The notes under the pieces were generated by a model. That model did no database searches, was not told the DNA's origin, and worked only from the letters and a program-made list of their open reading frames with translations. This document shows positions 7,307 through 15,415 of a DNA stretch of 32,000 bases, in pieces. Where the stretch lies: contig NZ_JBEWTB010000002.1 of assembly GCF_040549045.1 (NCBI RefSeq), positions 4,790,462-4,822,461 on the forward strand, given 5' to 3'. Made by a program: the position numbers and the translations under genes. The first letter of the stretch is position 1; every line of letters starts with the position of its first letter. Source of the stretch: Endozoicomonas lisbonensis. Lineage in GTDB: Bacteria; Pseudomonadota; Gammaproteobacteria; Pseudomonadales; Endozoicomonadaceae.

Positions 7307-10123
7307 TTATTGTCCTTGATGGCGTATTGATTCTGTTTTCTGGGATTGATAGTAATTGAGGTCGGATGGGCTGATGTTGTTGTATCGGGCTTCCAATCGT
7401 TTTCGACTGTCTTCCCGGTGTTGGTCGAAATCCAGCCTTGAACCCTTACCTGTCAGAGTTTCCAGATTTAGCTGTTTCAGGGTATCGGCATTCAGCTCTG
7501 GCAGTTTGTTTTGCAGTTTTAATAGTGCCAGCCATTCACTAAGGTCAATTCGGTTCCAGTCAACTGCATGGAGTGTTTCGGGAGAAATGCCCGAACAGTC
7601 AGGATGTTCAGCAGAGCCCCATCCTGTTTTCAGCTGCTTTCTGATCTGCACTTGCAGGATGCGGGATAAAGGAGAGCTGAAGCAGCAATAACTGTTGTAT
7701 TCCATGCTGGCTAACCCGAGAAACTTGGATTCGCTGTAACTTCCAACCTTGTGACAAGTTTTCATTTCTCTCTTGGCGGCTAATTCAAATTCTTCGTCTT
7801 CACACTTGTTGGTGATCTGGATAATCAGTTTGGTCATGGTGTAAGCCGTGTAGATCATGGTGACAGCACTGATGGCTGAGGTAATGGCAGGATTCATAAT
7901 CAGAGTTTGCTGGCTGAGGTGTCCGCCCTGAGAAGCCAGGTTGTTGCCAACGGTTCGGAACAGCAGGTTGGTGGCATCTTCGCCCAGAATTTTATGGACG
8001 ACTTCGGCCATCTTTCGCATCAGCTGTTGCTGCATATTGCCGAGCATCGTCTTCTGAGCTTCCTGCGACAGTTCTCCGGCAATAGGTTTTGCGGTGGCAG
8101 TCTGGGTATGGACTTCAGAGGGAGTTGGCCAGAGCTTTTCTGTGAGCTTGTCCCAGCTTTTGCCCATATCTGACCATAGATTTTTTGCAGGCTGGCTGAG
8201 CTTGTTGATGCCTTGCATCAGCGGTTCCCGCATCTTCTGGTAATGCCCGGTCAGCTGATTGGGAAAATTACCTTGCAGATGGATGGCTGACTTATCGAAC
8301 AGGTAGCCCATCAGGAGCAGGTTCATATAACTGGCAAAATTCACGTTCGTAGGCAGGTTACAGCAGTCCACCATATTAAAAATGCCCTGTTTGCAGGTGC
8401 AGGGCTTGCCACTGAAGATCCTGCAACCACTCCCATCTTGATTGCACTGCATATCATGTGACATATGTTTTGCTGCATGGAGACCGCTGACGGCACTGGC
8501 AAAGTCGGTGTTCTCCGCATTCGTTATATTGGCCTGACACTCGCCTAACATGCACTGCATAGGCTGACCTTCACAGTGAATACTCTCTTCAATGCCAATG
8601 CGATTCAGGTTGCCTGTGTAGCCACAGTCGTAGCGATCCTCGCGGGTGTAACAAATGCCAGACTTTTCACCAAGACAGCGGCTATCCAGAAACTCACAGT
8701 TGGGATCGTTGGCATACTGAGCACAATGATCAGGCGGATACTGTGTTGATGCTGTTTTGTAGTAAAAGCAATCGGCTTCAGCTCTGGCGGTTTTGCAATC
8801 TGATGGTAACTGCGATGACAGGCTTGGTTGCAGTGGAATCACTTTACCGTGAACGGTATGTTCTGCATCATTCATAGTTTCAAGGCACTGGTACGACAGA
8901 CTGCACAGTCCATCACTCTGCCATTGCTTCATTTCTTTCAGTTGCTCCAGTGCTGATGAAGGCGCCCAGCGATCATTTTCTATCAACTGGCTGATATCGA
9001 AATACAACTTAATCAGAGCAAAACCTTCGCCCTGATCACCAACAGAAGTGCGAATTTTGAAAGTGACTTGGTTACCTGCACCATCCAAGACACTGCTATC
9101 CAGTGAAACAGGACTGTTCAGGTGAAAATTAGAGTCCAGTTCACATCCTCCACCGCTTTCAGGCGGGAAATCAGAGTTGCTCTGCCAGACTTTCTTATCA
9201 TTGATCCAGACCTGCAGGCGGTCATCCCAGCGGGCTTCCTGAAGCACTGCATGGCTTAATGCCTGTGGTCTGGGTAGCGTCACCGTGAAGGTTTCTTCCT
9301 TAATACAGCAACCGCAGTGATAGTAGTTATCCGCTCCCGCATCCTTGCCTAAACGAATCTGTAAGCAGCCTTCTTGATCCGACTGACTTTCACAACCGTT
9401 CATGCCTGATAGCCCAGAGCCGGAAATATATTCTGCGAAGGGCTGAACCCTGATTTTCCGGTGTAACGTAATGCTGTCGTCTGTCACCACAGCTCGTGTG
9501 CACTCACGAATATCGGGACTATGCACTTGGCGGCCTTGTTTTAGCACCAGTTTTTTCTGGTAATCACAGCCTTTAAAATGCTGTCGCAGACGGGCGATGG
9601 TGGCACTCATTTCACCGTTCTTATCGTATATGGGATTGCCCTGAGCATCGGTAGGCCAGTGCTTTTGTTTTGACCAGGTATTGGGGTGTTGCAGGGCATT
9701 AATGCTCTGTTCCACAGGATGAAGAATCTTGTGTTCGTTGGCATCGGGGTAATACCGATCCGGTGACTGATTCAGTAAACGCCATGCTTCACCTTCAGGA
9801 GATTGTTCCGTTTCCAGTTGTTGCGCCCGCTTTTCACCAAAGGACTGCAAACCATCGAAATCTTCATTCTGGTAGTAGCCTTCCAGCTTTTGGCGGTGAG
9901 AGCTGTCTGAAGGCTTCTCCATCATCAGATTTGGCACTTGGTTGGCAATAGAGTCAGGATTTCGAGTAATAGCTTCAGATTTCTGGTTGATCTGGTGGAG
10001 CCAGTTTGAGCGGGTATGTTGCTCAAATGTACGAATGGCTTCCTGAGTGGTTTCTGCCATTACGGTGTGAAAGCAGAAAGCGAATAATCCACTCAGCAGT
10101 TTGTAGAAATCAGGTTTTATCAT
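7307..10123 (-). CDS. traN: TraN (cysteine-rich mating-pair stabilisation outer-membrane protein)
   Basis: 938 aa from ATG 10123, which overlaps the traU stop (ATGA). Signal peptide LLSGLFAFCFHTVMA/ET. There are many Cys residues in clusters through the central and C-terminal regions (e.g. CGCC, CTCKQGIFNMVDCC, YCCF). The gene follows traU as in F, SXT and R27. Confidence 0.75.
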   Translation of the reverse strand: MIKPDFYKLLSGLFAFCFHTVMAETTQEAIRTFEQHTRSNWLHQINQKSEAITRNPDSIANQVPNLMMEKPSDSSHRQKLEGYYQNEDFDGLQSFGEKRAQQLETEQSPEGEAWRLLNQSPDRYYPDANEHKILHPVEQSINALQHPNTWSKQKHWPTDAQGNPIYDKNGEMSATIARLRQHFKGCDYQKKLVLKQGRQVHSPDIRECTRAVVTDDSITLHRKIRVQPFAEYISGSGLSGMNGCESQSDQEGCLQIRLGKDAGADNYYHCGCCIKEETFTVTLPRPQALSHAVLQEARWDDRLQVWINDKKVWQSNSDFPPESGGGCELDSNFHLNSPVSLDSSVLDGAGNQVTFKIRTSVGDQGEGFALIKLYFDISQLIENDRWAPSSALEQLKEMKQWQSDGLCSLSYQCLETMNDAEHTVHGKVIPLQPSLSSQLPSDCKTARAEADCFYYKTASTQYPPDHCAQYANDPNCEFLDSRCLGEKSGICYTREDRYDCGYTGNLNRIGIEESIHCEGQPMQCMLGECQANITNAENTDFASAVSGLHAAKHMSHDMQCNQDGSGCRIFSGKPCTCKQGIFNMVDCCNLPTNVNFASYMNLLLMGYLFDKSAIHLQGNFPNQLTGHYQKMREPLMQGINKLSQPAKNLWSDMGKSWDKLTEKLWPTPSEVHTQTATAKPIAGELSQEAQKTMLGNMQQQLMRKMAEVVHKILGEDATNLLFRTVGNNLASQGGHLSQQTLIMNPAITSAISAVTMIYTAYTMTKLIIQITNKCEDEEFELAAKREMKTCHKVGSYSESKFLGLASMEYNSYCCFSSPLSRILQVQIRKQLKTGWGSAEHPDCSGISPETLHAVDWNRIDLSEWLALLKLQNKLPELNADTLKQLNLETLTGKGSRLDFDQHREDSRKRLEARYNNISPSDLNYYQSQKTESIRHQGQ

Positions 10124-11676
10124 TGGCTGGCGGTTTGACAGCAATCCCGATACTGCCAAAGCAGATACATCGCATCATCTTTACCCAATGGGTGACGGTG
10201 CATTCCCCATGTTGCCGCTGAAGCTCCGATCCAGTGTGCTTTCTGCTTTTCAGGTTCCGGCCAAAACATGCTCATTTTGTACTGGCTTTTGGGGAGCCAC
10301 GGGGTGATTTTGCTATGACACTGAGCTTCTTCACCGATGGTTTTTCTGCCAAGCCCAATTCTGTGAATCTTGGCTAAAGCCCGTGTTGCCAGCAAGCTGG
10401 TGTTATCAGAAAAGTGACCGTAGGTACTGGTAAAACCGGATAACGGATAAAGGGAACCCCAGCTGCCAGCGCACCAATGCAGATTATCCATAGACTGTGA
10501 GTTCAGGGCGGCTACACCATCAGCGGTACAGGCATTCATTGCCGCAGGATTTGCATAAGCAGCAAGGTCAGGTGAAATCAGAGCTGCTAACTCAGGATGA
10601 TTCCACGAAGGATCTACTTCCGACAGATTGATCAGGTCAAAGTCCACCAAATCGCTTGTACAGCCGCCAATGCCGGTAAACATATTGAGCATTTCTATCA
10701 GTGGCAGGCTGTAAACGTGGGCGTGGAGATAGGTTAAGCCTTTGGGAATATTGGCAGAACCCAGTGTTCCCCAACGACGCTGGTCAACAATAGGCAGCTT
10801 GTGACCACCCAATGCCATCAGACAGCCGGGACTGCGAGTCAGCTCTACCAGTCTTTGAGGTCGCCAAAATCCTGTAGTCACTCCGGGGTGAAACATACCT
10901 GCGCTGTCTTCACATAAACACAGTCCTGTACTGGTTTTGGCTCTGTCACTGGGTTCTTTGCCGGAACCCAGCTTTGCCAGCCCTATACGAATCGGAAACA
11001 ACTCTTTCCAGGGCACAGAAGTAATCAGCTTCTCAGACAAAATCGACACATTCTGGCACAAGGCTTGGGAAGGATTATCTGTGGTCTCCAGCGCATAGGC
11101 AGATGAAATCAAAGCTTTTACCCATGACACTATATCGACCGCTGAAAACGGTAATGCTGCCGCAGTGGTGACTCTCCAATGACTATGGTTTTGAGGTGCC
11201 AGCAATACAGGCAAAGCTGTCAGTTGAAAGCGCCGGATCAATTCTGACGGCATGATATAGATTTGATGCTCATGCCAGAGGCTGGGTAGTTTCTGAAGCT
11301 GTTGTAATGAGCCATTAGAGACTAATATCAGCGCATCAGGGTATTGATATAACCACGGAAGCACCGCTTTCTGTTGCTGACGGTCGTTGATATCCAAAGC
11401 AATTATGGGGGTATGCCAATTGCCAGACACTTTCAGTATTTTGCTGGAAGCCTTTTGACTGGTTGGCAGCTTTGCTCCGAAAGAAAAGGTTTTGGTCTGC
11501 AATCGCTTCTGTGCCTTTTTCTTGAAGGGGCTTCCAGTTCTGCTGTTTGAGTCGTTGTAACAAAGATTCCAATAAATCCGGTTCGCTGATAGGCAGCGTT
11601 GAACCATAGGCACCAATATTGCCACGCTTGCCTGCGTGGTACTGGCGCATAACCCAGACAGGTGAAGTAACACCAA
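10120..11676 (-). CDS. traU: TraU, preceded in the same frame by a TraW C-terminal-like segment (true start unresolved)
   Basis: The C-terminal ~330 aa carry TraU motifs: LTRSPGCLMALGG, NLSEVDPSWN, HWCAGSWGSLYPLSG. The N-terminal part (PIIALDINDRQQQKAV...ALILVSNGSLQQLQKL...QIYIMPSELIRRFQLTALPVLLA) resembles the C-terminal half of F TraW. It overlaps ORF 11336-12028 by 341 nt in another frame. No stop separates the TraW-like and TraU parts. Confidence 0.8.
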   Translation of the reverse strand: MVLLHLSGLCASTTQASVAILVPMVQRCLSANRIYWNLCYNDSNSRTGSPFKKKAQKRLQTKTFSFGAKLPTSQKASSKILKVSGNWHTPIIALDINDRQQQKAVLPWLYQYPDALILVSNGSLQQLQKLPSLWHEHQIYIMPSELIRRFQLTALPVLLAPQNHSHWRVTTAAALPFSAVDIVSWVKALISSAYALETTDNPSQALCQNVSILSEKLITSVPWKELFPIRIGLAKLGSGKEPSDRAKTSTGLCLCEDSAGMFHPGVTTGFWRPQRLVELTRSPGCLMALGGHKLPIVDQRRWGTLGSANIPKGLTYLHAHVYSLPLIEMLNMFTGIGGCTSDLVDFDLINLSEVDPSWNHPELAALISPDLAAYANPAAMNACTADGVAALNSQSMDNLHWCAGSWGSLYPLSGFTSTYGHFSDNTSLLATRALAKIHRIGLGRKTIGEEAQCHSKITPWLPKSQYKMSMFWPEPEKQKAHWIGASAATWGMHRHPLGKDDAMYLLWQYRDCCQTASQ

Positions 11677-12028
11677 AAACGGTCAACTCAGTATTGCCGT
11701 TCATGACAACAGCCATCGCAGGCACTTGATATATATTCTGCTCCCGGAACAAAACAGGATTGATCTGAATGCTTTTACTGGCATCTGCCTGTTTTATCCG
11801 GTACTGCCAGCGAGTAATGCTGTCAGTCAGATTGGTATCTTTGGCACCCATTCCTCGCACGATGATATTGAGGTTCTGAAGCAATTCTGTTTCCCGTAAT
11901 ATCTCAACCAGGGCCGTTTCACCCATGGTTTCAGATACAAATAGATTAATGGTGAGGGCAGAAGACAGAGCTGTATTGGCTGGCAATAAAAGAACTATCA
12001 TCACCAGCCTGAAGGGTAGGGGAATCAT
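11336..12028 (-). CDS. traW: TrbC-like domain fused to a TraW N-terminal segment (apparently frame-interrupted)
   Basis: It has a signal peptide. LFVSETMGETALVEILRE...IIVRGMG...IQINPVLFREQNIYQVPAMAVV resembles TrbC (vFvSfSMp..sL..l...lVlRGl...IdP.lF..y.I..VPa.V). GAYGSTLPISEPDLLESLLQRL then resembles the TraW N-terminus (G.ty.I.EpDll..i..rl). The ATGA overlap with the upstream exonuclease gene fixes the start. The TraW similarity continues in the frame of ORF 10120-11676. Confidence 0.6.
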   Translation of the reverse strand: MIPLPFRLVMIVLLLPANTALSSALTINLFVSETMGETALVEILRETELLQNLNIIVRGMGAKDTNLTDSITRWQYRIKQADASKSIQINPVLFREQNIYQVPAMAVVMNGNTELTVFGVTSPVWVMRQYHAGKRGNIGAYGSTLPISEPDLLESLLQRLKQQNWKPLQEKGTEAIADQNLFFRSKAANQSKGFQQNTESVWQLAYPHNCFGYQRPSATESGASVVISIP

Positions 12029-12552
12029 GCGTTTCTCAGAGCATCAATGCGCTGGCGAACATCAGGACGAGTCAGGTAATGCCAGACGGCTCTTGTTGCC
12101 TTCGTATCTGACAGGGCGCGATGCGCCTCTCCCTCCCATTTGTGCAGGACATACCGACTGGCCTTGTTAAGATTCTGCCATTTGTAATTGCCATAGCGAT
12201 GGTTCCATTCACCGAAGTGTTCGGCAAAGAGAAGCATGCAACACTGGACGCTTTTTGCGACTCCAAGCTCAGTACCCAGGTATTGGCTGTCGTATGCCTT
12301 GTTGTAGATCACGACTTCCTGATCCTGAAACAATGTCCGGATTGTCGGGCGTAGCGCATCATACGTAGGTGCATGGGCAACCTCTTTCGGGCTGATTCCG
12401 TGAATCGCCTGAGCTTCTGGCCAACAATCATGGTGTGTTGGTTTAACCAGCGTGTTCAGTAAAGCTTCACCATTATCATCGATAATGGCTATTTCAACGA
12501 TTTCGTCTTGGGCGCTCAGGCCGGTGGTTTCAGTGTCAACGTAAATAGTCAT
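12025..12552 (-). CDS. DEDDh 3'-5' exonuclease (DnaQ/epsilon-like domain protein)
   Basis: Exo I IYVDTETTGL, Exo II VVIYNKAYDSQYL, Exo III HRALSDTKATR (H-x4-D). It is 175 aa with ATGA overlaps at both ends (traC stop and trbC/traW start). Confidence 0.85.
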   Translation of the reverse strand: MTIYVDTETTGLSAQDEIVEIAIIDDNGEALLNTLVKPTHHDCWPEAQAIHGISPKEVAHAPTYDALRPTIRTLFQDQEVVIYNKAYDSQYLGTELGVAKSVQCCMLLFAEHFGEWNHRYGNYKWQNLNKASRYVLHKWEGEAHRALSDTKATRAVWHYLTRPDVRQRIDALRNA

Positions 12553-14966
12553 ACAGCATTCCTGTCTTTCAGTACCTGCATAATGGCATCACTCAGGGAA
12601 AGCCCCTGAGATCGATAAGTTCGGATCGCACTCTCATCTTCGGGATGACTGGAGTAGAGCAGTTTTTTGAATGGGTTCAGAATCAGCCGACCAATTCCAG
12701 ATCCCTGTTCAGTGAGCACCAATGCTTCTGAATACTTGCCTTCCACCGTATGAACGGTTTTTAGCAGTTTGTAGCCTTCTGGTGATAAGGGTAACCGTTG
12801 CTGTTTTTCCAGTTCATTGATGGTGGACAGCTGTTGCTTGAGTAGAAACTGAGTGGCGCTGTTATCCATTGCTGCACGCCCAGCAGCGGTTTCGTAGAAA
12901 TCTTCGATCCGCTGTGCGGCCATGAGATTGGCTCCATTAAATCGTCGAAAGCGACGGAAACCGTGTTCAATGAACAAAGCGGCTCCCTGAGTGTCCCGCA
13001 TCAGGTTCCAGGCTTCATCAATCACGACCAGTTTCCTTCGGCTGACATCACCAAAGTACATAATCTGCTGGATCAGGTAGATCAACTCCAGAATTACGAC
13101 TCGCTGAAGGTGTTTGCGACTGTCCAGGTGCCGCAACTCCAGCACTGTAAATGACTGGTTGATATCCAGCGTATTGTCACCACAGAAAAATCGACCATAT
13201 TCGCCTTTTGAAGTGAAGGCACTGAGCTGCACGGCGAGGTCGGTTATACGTTCATCCGGATGTTGCTGTAATCGTTCCTGTAATAGGTCAATGGAACTAT
13301 CGGTACCTTCACCTTCCCAGAGTTCCCGAATCTGCTCCCGTAAACTGGCTTCCTGGTACGGCGTTAATGGCTCTCTTGGTGACACCATAGCAATAATCAG
13401 CGCCAGCAGAATATCACCTTCCTCTTCATAGTCATGAACCAGGGCAAAGGGGTTCATACCAATCTCACTGCCCTGATCAAAATCCAGAAACAGTCCATCA
13501 AAATGCTGGCAGAGTTTCTTGTACCCCTCGCCAATATCCAGTGCCCAGCACTGCCCACCACGAATCAGAATATTACTGATAATCTCATTGACCAGGACAG
13601 TTTTGCCCGCTCCGGAAGTGGCGGCAATAATGGCGTTGTAGTTACTATTGGATTCAAATAGCGACAGGTTCATCAGTTGCCCCCGGCGGGACACCATATT
13701 CAACAATGCTTCCTGATGCCCTGACCAGTCATCAAACAGCGGCAGTAATGGAACAGCATGACGGGTCGCCAGGGTCTTCTCATGCATGGCAATGGTTTGA
13801 GTGCTTTTCTGGGCATTACCGGGCAGGGTGTTAAGAAACATCGGAAGCATGAAATACACGTCTTCATAGAGCATGAAACCCAGTTCACGAAAGTAGCTGC
13901 AGGCGTTGGACGACAACCGGCTGGCTTCTTTAGTGGAATTGCAATAAAGCACCAGAGAAAACGTCAGTTTAAGAGGGGCATCACCCTTGTTAAGTGCTTC
14001 AAACAGCAAATCGAAATCTTTCTTGCGCTCCATAAGTCTCGGTTCAAAGCGAGTAATGGGGCTGGAGGCTTGCTGTATAGCAATGCGCTGTTTGTTGCTC
14101 AGTGACGATTGCAGCTGATTGATTGAGGGGAAATGGAGTAGTACATGAATATGAGCGTAACACTTGATACCCCGGTGTCCGTTCTGGCTGTCACCCAGAT
14201 AATTGAATGCCTGTCCCAGCGGTACATAGGCTGGCAGCTTCTTGGCGATCAATACTTTTGCGACTCTGGATTTTTGTTCAGAACCCAGTTGAATCTCATT
14301 CGGTGAGACTTGCAGTGGGGTATCAGGATCGAATACCTGTCGATTCAGAGGTCTTTCTGAATCCACCTGAGCACCATCGATTGCCCAATGTCCGTGCTCA
14401 TGATGATTCACAAGAATCATGTTCAGGCGCAGCCAGTCATTTTGGCTCATGGGAACAGATAACAATCCGGCGGTTTCAATCCCTCCCTGGAAGGAAGATT
14501 TAAGCCGACGGATTTTCAGTAAATCATCTTCGTTGGGTGACAGCTCTCGGGTAGGAACTTTAACGGTGAACCATAAAATCCCATGCCTCAGCATTTGTTC
14601 ATTGGTGACTGGGTCATGAACGCCAGACTGCAACTGCTGAATATTCTGTTTCAGCATGGCTTTGAAACGTGGTTCAGTTCGGTCCTTCGCCAGCATCAGT
14701 TGGTGAATGGTGTTCATCACATCGGGGCTGGAGATCAGACCACACTGCAACAGAGTATCGTCAGGCCAGTCCTGATTGAGTAATCCGTTCAGCCGGTCAT
14801 CCAGTCCACTGTCCAGACCGCTGAGAGGCAAGCTGAGAAATCCGAAAAACAGATGTTTATCGTCGCATAAGAAAATCTGGCTTTCAGGGTCATACGCCCG
14901 GGTAGTGAGCAGTGAATCCGTATATTGCGGTTCTACAGGCACAGTTGTATTGGCGTTGGCGAACAT
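12549..14966 (-). CDS. traC: TraC (VirB4-family conjugative transfer ATPase)
   Basis: 805 aa. Walker A IIAATSGAGKTVLVNEI and Walker B RKLVVIDEAWNLM. Size and position are typical of F-like TraC. Confidence 0.9.
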   Translation of the reverse strand: MFANANTTVPVEPQYTDSLLTTRAYDPESQIFLCDDKHLFFGFLSLPLSGLDSGLDDRLNGLLNQDWPDDTLLQCGLISSPDVMNTIHQLMLAKDRTEPRFKAMLKQNIQQLQSGVHDPVTNEQMLRHGILWFTVKVPTRELSPNEDDLLKIRRLKSSFQGGIETAGLLSVPMSQNDWLRLNMILVNHHEHGHWAIDGAQVDSERPLNRQVFDPDTPLQVSPNEIQLGSEQKSRVAKVLIAKKLPAYVPLGQAFNYLGDSQNGHRGIKCYAHIHVLLHFPSINQLQSSLSNKQRIAIQQASSPITRFEPRLMERKKDFDLLFEALNKGDAPLKLTFSLVLYCNSTKEASRLSSNACSYFRELGFMLYEDVYFMLPMFLNTLPGNAQKSTQTIAMHEKTLATRHAVPLLPLFDDWSGHQEALLNMVSRRGQLMNLSLFESNSNYNAIIAATSGAGKTVLVNEIISNILIRGGQCWALDIGEGYKKLCQHFDGLFLDFDQGSEIGMNPFALVHDYEEEGDILLALIIAMVSPREPLTPYQEASLREQIRELWEGEGTDSSIDLLQERLQQHPDERITDLAVQLSAFTSKGEYGRFFCGDNTLDINQSFTVLELRHLDSRKHLQRVVILELIYLIQQIMYFGDVSRRKLVVIDEAWNLMRDTQGAALFIEHGFRRFRRFNGANLMAAQRIEDFYETAAGRAAMDNSATQFLLKQQLSTINELEKQQRLPLSPEGYKLLKTVHTVEGKYSEALVLTEQGSGIGRLILNPFKKLLYSSHPEDESAIRTYRSQGLSLSDAIMQVLKDRNAV

Positions 14967-15043
14967 TCGGCATTTCCCGGCTGATTTGAACTATGTTGAT
15001 TAACGCAAGTGAAAACTCAGTAGGTAGCTACTGGGAGGTGAGG

Positions 15044-15415
15044 ATGATGAATTTGTTAAAACGGATTAAAGGGTTTGTTGCGAGTCTGGCATTGCTGACT
15101 ATTTGTTGTTTGCTGTTGGAGCAGTTAGGGTACCTGGTTTTGGTTCCGGGCTATGGCTGGAAGCTTCTGAGTTCTCCGGTTCTCTGGAGCCTGTTTTCTG
15201 TTGTGTGTTTTTCTCTGCTATGGCGGTTTGACCGGAAGTACCCTGAAGATAATTCTGTTCCAATTGACTGCGAAGGCTGGAGCCCCAAAAGAAGAATAAA
15301 TCCAGCGACTGGCTTGCCAATGGCAGGTGGCATTGATAGCTCTGGCGCGACTTATGGAGGGCGGCCAGAGTCAGGTTTGATGAAATCAGACAACTTCTGG
15401 CTCATATCCCTTTGA
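15044..15415 (+). CDS. Small two-TM inner-membrane protein, opposite strand (entry-exclusion Eex-like candidate)
   Basis: Strong SD GGGAGGTGAGG lies directly upstream of tandem ATGs at 15044/15047. Hydrophobic helices FVASLALLTICCLLL and VLWSLFSVVCFSLLW are followed by a soluble tail with INPATGLPMAGGIDSSG. It fills the only large gap in the tra operon and converges on the traG 3' end with a 64-nt overlap. The function is inferred. Confidence 0.5.
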   Translation: MMNLLKRIKGFVASLALLTICCLLLEQLGYLVLVPGYGWKLLSSPVLWSLFSVVCFSLLWRFDRKYPEDNSVPIDCEGWSPKRRINPATGLPMAGGIDSSGATYGGRPESGLMKSDNFWLISL

